Shown here: positions 55,362 through 64,000 of the stretch, piece after piece
How positions within the stretch are numbered: position 1 is the stretch's first letter
How the letters are laid out: every line of letters begins with the position of its first letter
Assembly: GCA_050309605.1 (NCBI GenBank)
Contig: JBNRMN010000089.1
Location: 40,417 to 104,416, forward strand
DNA length: 64,000 bases
Reading direction: 5' to 3'
Origin: Anaerohalosphaeraceae bacterium
Lineage (GTDB): Bacteria > Planctomycetota > Phycisphaerae > Sedimentisphaerales > Anaerohalosphaeraceae
The notes under the pieces: generated by a model
What the model was told of the DNA's origin: nothing
Databases searched by the model: none
What the model saw: only the letters and a program-made list of their open reading frames with translations
Translations under genes and position numbers: made by a program

Positions 55362-55889
55362 ATGACGGATTACGCTAAATGCCAATTGACGCGGTTTCCG
55401 ATGCCCGTGCTCAGTCGGCGTGCCGAGCCGGTCGGCCGGATAACCGACGACATTCGTACGCTGGCGGATCGGATGATCGACCTGATGGTCGAAACGCAGG
55501 GGGTGGGTTTTGCCGCGCCGCAGGCGGGGGTCAATCTGCGGATATTTGTTGTGTCGCTGGACAGCACACGCGAAAACGCCAAGGTCTATATCAATCCTGA
55601 AATAGAAGTGTCCGGGCCGCAAGTGGCGCACGAGGAGGGATGCTTGTCGCTGCCGGGGATTTACAGTTCGATTCCGCGGTATGCCCGGTGCAAGGTGACG
55701 GCGACTGATTTGGAGGGCAATCAATTTACCGAGGAGGCTGAGGGGTTGCTGGCGCGCGCGTTTCAGCATGAATACGACCATCTGGAAGGGGTGATGATTA
55801 AAGATCGAATGAGCCGTCCGGCCAAGATTCGCGCCCGACGTCGGCTCAAGCAGTTGATAGAGGAATATAACGCCGAGTCCGCCTCGTGA
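55362..55889 (+). CDS. def: Peptide deformylase
   Basis: GVGFAAPQ, EGCLS, QHEYDHL. Confidence 0.95.
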   Translation: MTDYAKCQLTRFPMPVLSRRAEPVGRITDDIRTLADRMIDLMVETQGVGFAAPQAGVNLRIFVVSLDSTRENAKVYINPEIEVSGPQVAHEEGCLSLPGIYSSIPRYARCKVTATDLEGNQFTEEAEGLLARAFQHEYDHLEGVMIKDRMSRPAKIRARRRLKQLIEEYNAESAS

Positions 55890-55899
55890 GGGTGTTTGA

Positions 55900-56874
55900 A
55901 TGAACATCGTTTTCTTCGGTTCCGCATCGTTCGGCATTCCCGCATTGGAGTCCATCGCCGAAAGCTGCCATACGCTGGCCGGGGTCTTTACCCAGCCGGC
56001 GCGTCCGGCCGGACGCCGACGCAATCCCAAGCCGACTGAAGTGGCCCGGTGGTGCGCAGCACGGCATATTCCCTGCTGCGAAGCGCTGAATATCAATGAA
56101 GACCGCATGCGGCATCAGATCGCCGCCTGCGGCGGGGATTTGCTGGTGGTGATCGCGTTCGGCCAGAAGATCTGTCCGGAGGTCATCGAGCTGCATCGCT
56201 TCGGCGCCGTCAATGTGCACGCCTCGCTGCTGCCCAAATACCGGGGGGCTGCGCCGATTCAGTGGGCATTGATGCGGGGCGAATCCGAGACCGGCGTCAG
56301 TATTATTACCCTTGCTCAGCGAATGGATGCCGGTCGAATCCTGGCTCAGCAACGCCTGCCGATTGCGCCGGAAGATACGTTTCAAACGCTTCACGACAAA
56401 TTGGCCACGTTGTCCGCCCCGCTGCTGCTGGAGACGATTGACGCCATCGAGGCCGGACAGGCGGCTTATGTCGAACAAGATGAGTCGCAGGCAACCCGAG
56501 CGCCGCGGCTGAAGAAAGAGCACGGCTATATCGATTGGAGTCGCTCGGCACAGGAGATTGTCAACCAAATTCGGGCATTGTGTCCCTGGCCGGGGGCGCA
56601 GAGCGTGTATGTCTCGGCTCAAACCGGCCGCTCGTGGCGCGTGACGATTTGCAGGGCCGAGGCGGTCGAACGGCATCACGCATTGGCCGATGTGCCCGGC
56701 CGGCTGGATGAGCAGTTCAATGTCATATGCGGGCAAGGGCGACTGCGTATTCTGGAGATCAAACCCGCCGGCTCCGGTGCAATGACTTTTGAAGCGTTTG
56801 CCCGCGGCCGAAACACACAGACGGGCGATTTGTTCCTGCCGATTGAGCGGGTGCTGCAGGGTCTGGGCGTATGA
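55900..56874 (+). CDS. fmt: Methionyl-tRNA formyltransferase
   Basis: VFFGS...TQP, NVHASLLPKYRGAAPI, MDAG. Confidence 0.95.
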   Translation: MNIVFFGSASFGIPALESIAESCHTLAGVFTQPARPAGRRRNPKPTEVARWCAARHIPCCEALNINEDRMRHQIAACGGDLLVVIAFGQKICPEVIELHRFGAVNVHASLLPKYRGAAPIQWALMRGESETGVSIITLAQRMDAGRILAQQRLPIAPEDTFQTLHDKLATLSAPLLLETIDAIEAGQAAYVEQDESQATRAPRLKKEHGYIDWSRSAQEIVNQIRALCPWPGAQSVYVSAQTGRSWRVTICRAEAVERHHALADVPGRLDEQFNVICGQGRLRILEIKPAGSGAMTFEAFARGRNTQTGDLFLPIERVLQGLGV

Positions 56875-58355
56875 GTCCATGGCCGCATCAGTCCGCTCGC
56901 GCAGCGGCGCTGAAGGTGCTGCGCCAGTATAACACCCGTCGAAGTGATGCGGCCGAATTGCTGCATTCGGAGCTGGACATGACCCATCGTACCGGACAGG
57001 CGACCGACCTGGTATATGGCGTCATACGCAATATGCCGCTACTGGATTGGCTGTTGATGCAGGTCGCCGAGATTCAGCCGCGCCATGTCAAGCCGGCGAT
57101 CCGGAGTATCTTGCGTATGGGCGTCTATGAATTGGTCTTTGCGCCGAAAACCGCCGATTACGCCATTGTCAATGAAGCGGTCAATCTGGCCCGCCAGATC
57201 GGGTCACGCAAAATCGCCGGTTTTGTCAACGGGGTGCTTCGGCAGATTCAGCGGCATATCGCAAACCGTGATGTCAGTTTTGAAGATCCGCAGGTCGATG
57301 TTCGTGCGATTATCCCGCGTGCCGACGGCGGCGGGTGTGCGTTGTCCTCGGCGCTGCTGCCGGATCCGTCGCATATTCCGGAGGATTATCTGCATCGTGT
57401 CTGGTCGCTGCCGCGATGGCTCGTGCAGGATTGGATCGCAGCGTATGGCGCCGAAACAGCGGCTCAAATCTGTCGGGCGTGCAATCGTCATCCGTCGGTG
57501 GTTGCCTGGCCGAATACGCAGCGCATTGACGGCGTCACACTTGCCGAACGTCTCGCCGCCGAAGGCGTAACTTGTCGCCTGCTGCCGGTAAACGGGGCAG
57601 TTCAATTGCGACGCGGCCGGGGTCCATTGACGGCGGTTCAGGCGTTTCGTGAGGGGCTTTTCTATGTGCAGGATCCGACCGCTGAGACGGTTAGCACGTT
57701 TCTGGCGCCGCAGCCGGGCGATTGTCTCGTGGATTTGTGCGCTGCGCCGGGCGGCAAAGCCATTGCCTGTGCGCTGAAAATGAACAATACCGGCTGTATC
57801 ATCGCCTCCGATGCCAGCACGGCACGACTTGCACGACTTGACGAAAATACAGCCCGTCTGGGGCTGTCGTGCATTCGCCGTGTTTGCCAAAACGAGGTGG
57901 ATCAGGCGATGCGGTCGGTTGATCGTCTGGATGCGATTATTCTTGATGTACCCTGTTCCAACACCGGCGTTTTGGCCCGACGTGTTGAAGCACGACACCG
58001 TCTGGCAAGGGGATTATCCGCCCCGCTGTTACGACGACAGCGGGAGCTGCTTGAATACGCACACGCCCGCTTAAGACCCGGCACAAAGCTGTTATACTCA
58101 ACATGCAGTATTCATCCAAAGGAAAATACCCACCAGATTCAGGGGTTTTTGCAAGCCCATCCGGACTTATACCTCATTAAGGAACAAATCCTGTTTCCCA
58201 GCATTGAAAATGCCGATGCCGTGGATCATGACGGCGGATACATGGCGCTGCTGGGGACGTTTTCGGTCGATGATTCAGATCGTTTCAGCCGAATGACTGC
58301 AACCGCCTTCAACAGGTTATCCACAAAAGCCGATTGCGGTGTGAATAGACTGTGA
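56871..58355 (+). CDS. rsmB: 16S rRNA m5C967 methyltransferase (NusB-like N-domain)
   Basis: LVYGVIR, VNEAV, FVNGVLR; VQD, DLCAAPGGK, DVPCSNTG, YSTCS; def-fmt-rsmB synteny. Confidence 0.9.
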   Translation: MSPWPHQSARAAALKVLRQYNTRRSDAAELLHSELDMTHRTGQATDLVYGVIRNMPLLDWLLMQVAEIQPRHVKPAIRSILRMGVYELVFAPKTADYAIVNEAVNLARQIGSRKIAGFVNGVLRQIQRHIANRDVSFEDPQVDVRAIIPRADGGGCALSSALLPDPSHIPEDYLHRVWSLPRWLVQDWIAAYGAETAAQICRACNRHPSVVAWPNTQRIDGVTLAERLAAEGVTCRLLPVNGAVQLRRGRGPLTAVQAFREGLFYVQDPTAETVSTFLAPQPGDCLVDLCAAPGGKAIACALKMNNTGCIIASDASTARLARLDENTARLGLSCIRRVCQNEVDQAMRSVDRLDAIILDVPCSNTGVLARRVEARHRLARGLSAPLLRRQRELLEYAHARLRPGTKLLYSTCSIHPKENTHQIQGFLQAHPDLYLIKEQILFPSIENADAVDHDGGYMALLGTFSVDDSDRFSRMTATAFNRLSTKADCGVNRL

Positions 58356-58445
58356 AAAACAAATTTTTTTTTGGCGTAAGTCGCCTTCCTGCTTGCATCT
58401 TACCGGTGTGGAAAAGAATTCTTGAAAATGGCGGTTGAATCCACA
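58317..58445. promoter_or_regulatory. Cluster of DnaA boxes upstream of dnaA
   Basis: TTATCCACA 58317, TGTGAATAG 58340, TGTGAAAAA 58351, TGTGGAAAA 58407, GAATCCACA 58437 (consensus TTWTNCACA). Confidence 0.8.
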
Positions 58446-58539
58446 TTCGGTTTACTGCTATCATCGTTCCATTCAGTCAAGCAGCTTTGAGAAATGTGCA
58501 AGAGCAGTTGTGATAGATCCGGAAGGATGGGAAAAACCA

Positions 58540-59949
58540 ATGCAGACAATGTTCACGGATGAAGTGAAAGCGATACATGAACGGATTGCTGAAAAAATCG
58601 GGGCCTGCCAATATCAGGTCTGGTTTGAAGGGGCGACCCAGATCGCTCTGAATGACGATGGGTTGCAGGTTACCGCCGCCAATCCGTTTGTATCGAATTG
58701 GATCGAAGGTCATTTTCATCAGGCGCTGAGCGAGTCGGCGCTGGAAGTGTGCGGTCGGAAAATGCCGCTGCGGTTTCGGATTGACGCCGGCTGCGCCAAG
58801 CCGCAGGTCAAACCCGTCCCGACCGCCAAACCGACCGGTATTGAGCGGCTCAAGACCAGTCAACGGCGTGTCCCGGCCGCCAGAGGACGCGACGGGCGTG
58901 CCCTGCCGCTGAAGCTGACGCTGGATACGCTGGTGGTCGGAAGCAAAAACCAGTTGGCGTTTAATGCGGCCCAGGCGGTGATTTCACAGGACCAAAGCCC
59001 CTTTAATCCGCTGTTTGTTCACGGCGGATACGGCGTCGGCAAGACGCACCTGCTGCAGGGTATCTGTAATGAGATATTTCAGCGCAAGCTCGGCTGCCGC
59101 TGGATGTATCTGTCGGCCGAAGATTTCGCCAATCAGTATGTCATTGCCCTCAAGACGCATAAGTTGGATGTGTTTCGCAATCGTTTTCGCAACCTGGACA
59201 TTCTTGCGATTGACGACATTCATTTTCTGGCCAATAAGAACGCGATGCAGGAGGAATTTCTGCATACGTTCAACAGTATTGATCTGGCGGGTAAGCAAAT
59301 CATACTGGCCTCGGATGCCCATCCCAAAGAAATCGGTCAGCTTTGTGAAAAACTGGTCAATCGGTTTGTCTCAGGCATGGTCGTTCGAATTGATCCGCCG
59401 GATTTTGAGATGCGGGTCAAGATATGTGCCCGCCGGGCCGAGCAGCTTAAGCTGACCTTGTCGCCCAAAGTGCTCGAATTTGTTGCCGACAGTGTGACCT
59501 CCGGCGTTCGTGAGCTGGAAGGGGCGCTGGTCAAGCTCAGTGCATATGCGGCGTTGAGCCGTGCCCCGATGACATTGACCACGGCCCAGCAAATTTTGAA
59601 CGAACATATTACCCGCACCGATCCGGTCGTTCATGCGTCGGACATCGCGGCGGCGGCGGCCGATTACTTTGGGGTTACGGTAGCGGATATTCATTCGGAT
59701 AAAAAGGACCGGACCGTCAGTTTGGCGCGGGCGTTTGTGATGTATCTGACGCGGCGTTTTACGCGAATGAGCTATCCGGAAATCGGACGTGTGCTGGGCA
59801 ACAAAAACCACGCGACGGTCATCCTGGCCTGCCGCAAAATCGAACAGTATCTGACGGCCAATCGGGAACTTAAATGGCGCTGCCGATCAGGCTGTCGCCT
59901 CGTGTGCGCCAAAGACGTGCTTGACGCGCTGACGCAAAAGATTGCGTAG
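58540..59949 (+). CDS. dnaA: Chromosomal replication initiator DnaA
   Basis: NPLFVHGGYGVGKTHL, IDDIHF, QEEFLHTFN, RELEGAL, domain IV SYPEIG...NHATV; start placed at ATG 58540. Confidence 0.93.
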   Translation: MQTMFTDEVKAIHERIAEKIGACQYQVWFEGATQIALNDDGLQVTAANPFVSNWIEGHFHQALSESALEVCGRKMPLRFRIDAGCAKPQVKPVPTAKPTGIERLKTSQRRVPAARGRDGRALPLKLTLDTLVVGSKNQLAFNAAQAVISQDQSPFNPLFVHGGYGVGKTHLLQGICNEIFQRKLGCRWMYLSAEDFANQYVIALKTHKLDVFRNRFRNLDILAIDDIHFLANKNAMQEEFLHTFNSIDLAGKQIILASDAHPKEIGQLCEKLVNRFVSGMVVRIDPPDFEMRVKICARRAEQLKLTLSPKVLEFVADSVTSGVRELEGALVKLSAYAALSRAPMTLTTAQQILNEHITRTDPVVHASDIAAAAADYFGVTVADIHSDKKDRTVSLARAFVMYLTRRFTRMSYPEIGRVLGNKNHATVILACRKIEQYLTANRELKWRCRSGCRLVCAKDVLDALTQKIA

Positions 59950-60029
59950 GCCTTATCCTGTCTTTGTCTTCAGCGGCGCGGCCGGCGGATACGGTTCTGT
60001 AAGCATCCATCGGCGCCAAAGAGGGCTTG

Positions 60030-61073
60030 TTATTCCGGTTTCAGATCAATCACGACGATTTCGTTGTTCGTGCCCAGCCGCATTCGCGGTCCCCACAGGC
60101 CGGTGCCGGACGTGACATAGAGAAAACTGTCCCCTTGCTGATGCAGGCCGTAGAGCGGGCGCTCAAAAAACCGGACGATCAAATTAAACGGAAAAATCTG
60201 TCCGCGATGGGTATGCCCAACCAGCGTCAAATGGATACCGGCCTGCGCCAGAAAGTCGATATTCATCGGCCGATGAAACATCAGGATCGAATACGCATTT
60301 CGGTCGTAGGGCAGGGCCAGCAAAGCGCCCTCGGCCTGGGCCGGATCTGTCATATCAGGCAGCCCTATCAGTTGAACGGAGCCGAGGTCCCGAACGCGAT
60401 GGTCCATCAGCGTGACACCCAACCGTTCCAGCTCATCCAGAACCTGTTTTCGTCCGGTGTAGTACTCGTGGTTGCCCGAAACAAAATAAACCGGCCCGTT
60501 CAGTTGGGTCAAACGGGCCATCGCCTTCTGAGTGCTGCGGCTGAGATGATCCACTAAATCGCCTGTAATCAGGATCATATCAGGATCAAGCGAATTGGTT
60601 TTTTCGACGATTTTTTGGATGTAAGCGGCGTTCATCGAGCCGATATGAACATCCGACCACTGCACAATCCGCATCGCCTCCGGCCCGGTCAGGTTGATGG
60701 TGTTGACGGTCACCCGTCGGGCATTCAGTGTGGCATAAAGGGCTGCGATGCACACCACGGCGATGATGAGTTTGCCGCCGGTACGCGGTTGATGCGGGAG
60801 GATGTATTTAATGACTTCATAGATCAACATGCTGCAAAAAAGAAGCCACATCACCCCCAACCAGTAACCCGCGGCAACGAAAAATATTTCAATCAAGATA
60901 TGGTCAATATAAGATTCCAGTATCCGCGAACCGATCAGCGAAATGGCGCCGAGAATAGTCAGGCTCCAAAATCCCCATCGTCGCCGGCAGCCGAACATGT
61001 CAAACAACCGCCAAAACACATAAAAGTGCATCGCAAAGAAGGTAACCAGCACAAATAAGACAAACAATGTCAC
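60030..61073 (-). CDS. Membrane-anchored metallophosphoesterase (YkuE/YaeI-like)
   Basis: TM N-terminus; SDVH, TGDLVD, GNHE, GHTH.GQ; GTG start adjacent to the tsaB stop. Confidence 0.88.
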   Translation of the reverse strand: MTLFVLFVLVTFFAMHFYVFWRLFDMFGCRRRWGFWSLTILGAISLIGSRILESYIDHILIEIFFVAAGYWLGVMWLLFCSMLIYEVIKYILPHQPRTGGKLIIAVVCIAALYATLNARRVTVNTINLTGPEAMRIVQWSDVHIGSMNAAYIQKIVEKTNSLDPDMILITGDLVDHLSRSTQKAMARLTQLNGPVYFVSGNHEYYTGRKQVLDELERLGVTLMDHRVRDLGSVQLIGLPDMTDPAQAEGALLALPYDRNAYSILMFHRPMNIDFLAQAGIHLTLVGHTHRGQIFPFNLIVRFFERPLYGLHQQGDSFLYVTSGTGLWGPRMRLGTNNEIVVIDLKPE

Positions 61074-61074
61074 A

Positions 61075-61800
61075 TTAGTCCCTATTTTTGCCCTTGAGTT
61101 GATTGTACTTTTCCACCGCATCGGGCTGGCGAATATAAGACGGAAAAAGTGTATATATATCCGAAAACATGCCTTTTTGTGCCATTTTATATCCTGCCGC
61201 ATAGACATGACGTGCTTTGACAGACCAATACGACGCATCAATCACCGTCGTTAAAGCAGATGCAAAGCGATCGGCGTAATACACCAGTCCCTCACCGAGC
61301 AGGCCGGTTTGGACCTTATCCTGATGGATCAGGGACAGTATCTCGTCCGGCGAAAGAAGCCTGTTGGGGTGGATTTTTTCCCAGCCGGTGTCGGTTTTTT
61401 CATAAAGTGCAACGAAAAAGCGATTTTGTTTCGCATCCAGAACAGCAGCCATTCGCTTCAGGTCTGTATGGGTTACATTTTCGACCAGGGCATCGAGGGT
61501 ATCGACCGCCACGACGCGGCAACCGACGGCATAGGACAGCATTTTCGCAAGGGTTACGGCGATTCGGATGCCGGTGAAACTGCCCGGTCCGACGGTAATG
61601 TAAAGGGGGTCGATTTGGTCGGGACGAATTCCGACGCGGCCGATCAATTCGGTCAAAGTATCGAACAGTTCGGCGCTGTGCTTCATAAAACCGGAAAAAG
61701 ACGACTCAAATAAAACAGAATCCGCTTGTCCGATGGCCACCGAGCCGACACGCCCCGATGTTTCAACGGCCAGACCATATGTTTTTTCCAGTTTCGCCAC
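61075..61800 (-). CDS. tsaB: tRNA t6A biosynthesis protein TsaB
   Basis: LAVETSG, HSAEL, GPGSFTGIRI, LDAK, P.YIR. Confidence 0.92.
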   Translation of the reverse strand: MAKLEKTYGLAVETSGRVGSVAIGQADSVLFESSFSGFMKHSAELFDTLTELIGRVGIRPDQIDPLYITVGPGSFTGIRIAVTLAKMLSYAVGCRVVAVDTLDALVENVTHTDLKRMAAVLDAKQNRFFVALYEKTDTGWEKIHPNRLLSPDEILSLIHQDKVQTGLLGEGLVYYADRFASALTTVIDASYWSVKARHVYAAGYKMAQKGMFSDIYTLFPSYIRQPDAVEKYNQLKGKNRD

Positions 61801-62017
61801 AAAAATACTCCACAACTTGTCATCGCCGAGGAACTATACTGCGTTTCACGGTCAAAAACAAGCCCAAGGCAAAAAGTTTCCATATTTTTTCGCTTGCAAT
61901 AATTATTTTTTGTCTTTACACTTACGCCTCTAAACTGAAATTTTATGGGTGAGTGTACTGTTTGTGGACTTATTATTAGACTAATTTACGTTTTACTTGT
62001 GGAGGATTATTGTGGAA

Positions 62018-64000
62018 ATGGCCTCATTTTCTCACAATTATCGTTTCAATGTACGGTGTGGTTTGGTGTGGTGTCTGGCAGTGCTGATGGCGGCAATGAC
62101 GGTCGCGTCATTTGCCCAGTCGGACGAAGAAACCGCCAAACGGGCAAAAATCGATTCGTTTATTCAAATCGCTCGTGAACAAGTCAGACGCGGCTATTAT
62201 CAGCAGGCAAAACAAGAGCTGGACCAGACTGCCGCATCGGAATTCGCCCCCTTTGTTACCGACCAGCAACAGCAGGACATTCGCTCGCTTCTTGAGGCAA
62301 TCCAGCAGGCCGAGCGTCAGCGTCAACGAATCGCCGATGTTTTGCAGCAAAGCGAGGCGCTGAAAGAACAAGGCCGGTATGCTCAGGCGGCGGTCCTGCT
62401 GCGTCAGATTGAAGACAGCCCTTATATTTCCGAACAGGAAAAGAATTGGGTGACCGTCTCGTTGAAAGAACTCGATGAGCGGCTCGAAGGCCGTCAGGGA
62501 CAGATGCAATCGGTTTACGATGCGGCTGTGCGGGATTATCGGGCCGGACGGCTTGACGCGGCGCGCGCCGCCTTTGTAGAAGTAGCCGAATCCGGAGTAT
62601 CCGTCAGCGGTGACCGTCCGGCAGGCGATTATGTCGCGGCGATTGACCAGCAGTTAAAGACGCCGGCCGCGGCCCAGACGCCGGAAACGACGGTTCAGCC
62701 GGCTGCTGAACCTGAGGATGCGCCGGTCGTGCACGAGGCCGTGGAAGAGGCCGCCGCTGTGGCGACGGAGGAGGCCGAAACGAAAGCGGAAAGCTCCTAT
62801 TTACAGGTGATTCGCCGTGATCGCGAGGTTCGAATCGATTATACGACAGCCATCGTCAATGACGCGTTGAGTCGGTGCAGCGCCCTGCGGCGGGAAAATC
62901 GGTTTGAGGATGCCCGGCAGATTTTGCGCCGTGCCGTGTCAACGGTGGAACGCAATAAATTATTGCTCGGCGATACGCTGTATTCGGAGTATATGGCCAA
63001 ACTCAACAATGAGGAACAAACCATCGGCGAACAGCAGCGCGCCTGGCAGCAGCAGCAGGAACAACAGCGCGAAGAAGAAGCGGCCCAATTGACCCGACAG
63101 ATTCGCGAGACCATCGACCACCAGCGCGCCGAGGCAATTGAAGACTATCTGGATCGTGCGTTTGCATTCCAGGCCGAGCAGCGTTATGAAGAAGCGCTGG
63201 GGCAATTGGAGCAGCTTTTGGCCATTGATCCGCAGCACCAGCGGGCCCTGATTATGAAGCAGACACTGGAGGATTGGACGCGCTATCGCGAACAGCGCCG
63301 TATTCAGCAGGAAATTGAACGCGAGGAGCACGAGCTTTTGCTTGAGGCCAATCGCAAAATGATTCCATTTTCCAAGGAAATCAATTATCCGAGAAACTGG
63401 AAAGACATTGCCGCACGGCGTGAAGAGGCCATTCAGGAAACGATGAGTCCGGAAGATATTCTGGTCAATCAGCAACTGGACGAGCGAATCAATCTGACAA
63501 TGCTCAGAGAAGATACCACGCTTGCCGATGCCGTCAATATACTGCGGAACTCGGTCGATCCTCCGCTGACGATTGTGGTGCTGTGGTCGGATTTGAGCCA
63601 GAACGCTTTTATCGAGCGGGACACGCCGATCAATATGTCCGGCGAAGGACTGGTTGCAATTGTGTTGCGTACGGCGCTGAACCGCGTCCTTCAAGCGGTC
63701 AGCAGTGCCGCTCTGGCGGATCTGGACTGGGTTCTTGAGGACGGCGTCATTACGATTGCCACCCGCGAATCACTGCCGACGCGCTATGTCACCGAGGTGT
63801 ATGATGTTTCCGATCTGCTCAACCCCCCGGCCAACTTTGATGAGGATTATTCTGGCAGTTATGGCGGCGGCATGGGCGGCGGTATGGGCGGCGGTATGAT
63901 GGGGGGCATGGGTGGCGGCATGACCGGTGGTATGGGCGGCATGACCGGCGGTATGGGGATGATGGGCGGCGGCATGGGCGGCGGCATGATGGGCGGCGGC
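62018..64000 (+). CDS. Large exported TPR/coiled-coil protein, planctomycete GspD/secretin-like N-terminal part (runs off window)
   Basis: Not in ORF track (no stop in window); GGAGG RBS; MASFSHNYRFNVRCGLVWCLAVLMAAMTVASFAQ signal peptide; TPR-like helices; ...VITIAT...TEVYDVSDLL... followed by Gly/Met repeats; secretin domain itself not visible. Confidence 0.65.
   Translation, partial: MASFSHNYRFNVRCGLVWCLAVLMAAMTVASFAQSDEETAKRAKIDSFIQIAREQVRRGYYQQAKQELDQTAASEFAPFVTDQQQQDIRSLLEAIQQAERQRQRIADVLQQSEALKEQGRYAQAAVLLRQIEDSPYISEQEKNWVTVSLKELDERLEGRQGQMQSVYDAAVRDYRAGRLDAARAAFVEVAESGVSVSGDRPAGDYVAAIDQQLKTPAAAQTPETTVQPAAEPEDAPVVHEAVEEAAAVATEEAETKAESSYLQVIRRDREVRIDYTTAIVNDALSRCSALRRENRFEDARQILRRAVSTVERNKLLLGDTLYSEYMAKLNNEEQTIGEQQRAWQQQQEQQREEEAAQLTRQIRETIDHQRAEAIEDYLDRAFAFQAEQRYEEALGQLEQLLAIDPQHQRALIMKQTLEDWTRYREQRRIQQEIEREEHELLLEANRKMIPFSKEINYPRNWKDIAARREEAIQETMSPEDILVNQQLDERINLTMLREDTTLADAVNILRNSVDPPLTIVVLWSDLSQNAFIERDTPINMSGEGLVAIVLRTALNRVLQAVSSAALADLDWVLEDGVITIATRESLPTRYVTEVYDVSDLLNPPANFDEDYSGSYGGGMGGGMGGGMMGGMGGGMTGGMGGMTGGMGMMGGGMGGGMMGGG
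63863..64000 (+). repeat. Coding low-complexity Gly-Gly-Met repeat
   Basis: GGCGGCATG/GGCGGTATG units in tandem. Confidence 0.85.

Noticed and set aside
59968..59993. Further REP copy after dnaA (and near 25737)
   Set aside because: Too degenerate to distinguish from chance GC-rich sequence
1..64000. tRNA, rRNA, integrase, transposase or prophage genes
   Set aside because: None recognised by eye in intergenic gaps or ORFs; tRNAscan/Infernal not run

Overview
Bacterial chromosomal window of moderately high GC, most likely Planctomycetota (Phycisphaerae/Sedimentisphaerales-like). This is inferred from an H-X9-DG prepilin-like gene, ECF sigma/FecR-NPCBM pairs, dockerin-tailed LamG proteins and a Gly/Met-rich secretin-like gene. 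Housekeeping genes: hpf, rplM-rpsI, beta-CASP nuclease, mltA, pdaD-speB, dksA-like, queE, nrdJ with tandem NrdR boxes, addA, lptB, def-fmt-rsmB, dnaA with a DnaA-box cluster, and tsaB. Glycan-related accessory loci: two parallel ECF sigma -> FecR/NPCBM anti-sigma -> secreted LamG/dockerin-like cassettes (one also with a giant CotH/lamin-tail protein and a pilin-like gene), a complete Fru-family PTS with YijO-like regulator and secreted GH76, and a GH51+GH146/127 arabinofuranosidase pair. Main leads: these cassettes lack a TonB-dependent receptor; a bacterial homologue of tRNA-queuosine mannosyltransferase (GTDC1/QTMAN) occurs in a queE-positive genome; the PTS-GH76 link; a one-Cys DksA; a REP/BIME-like repeat family; orphan Shine-Dalgarno/uORF leaders; and an addA without addB, flanked by two surface-protein gene remnants. 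No rRNA, tRNA, CRISPR array or intact mobile element was seen. All assignments come from motif recognition by eye; no database search was run.
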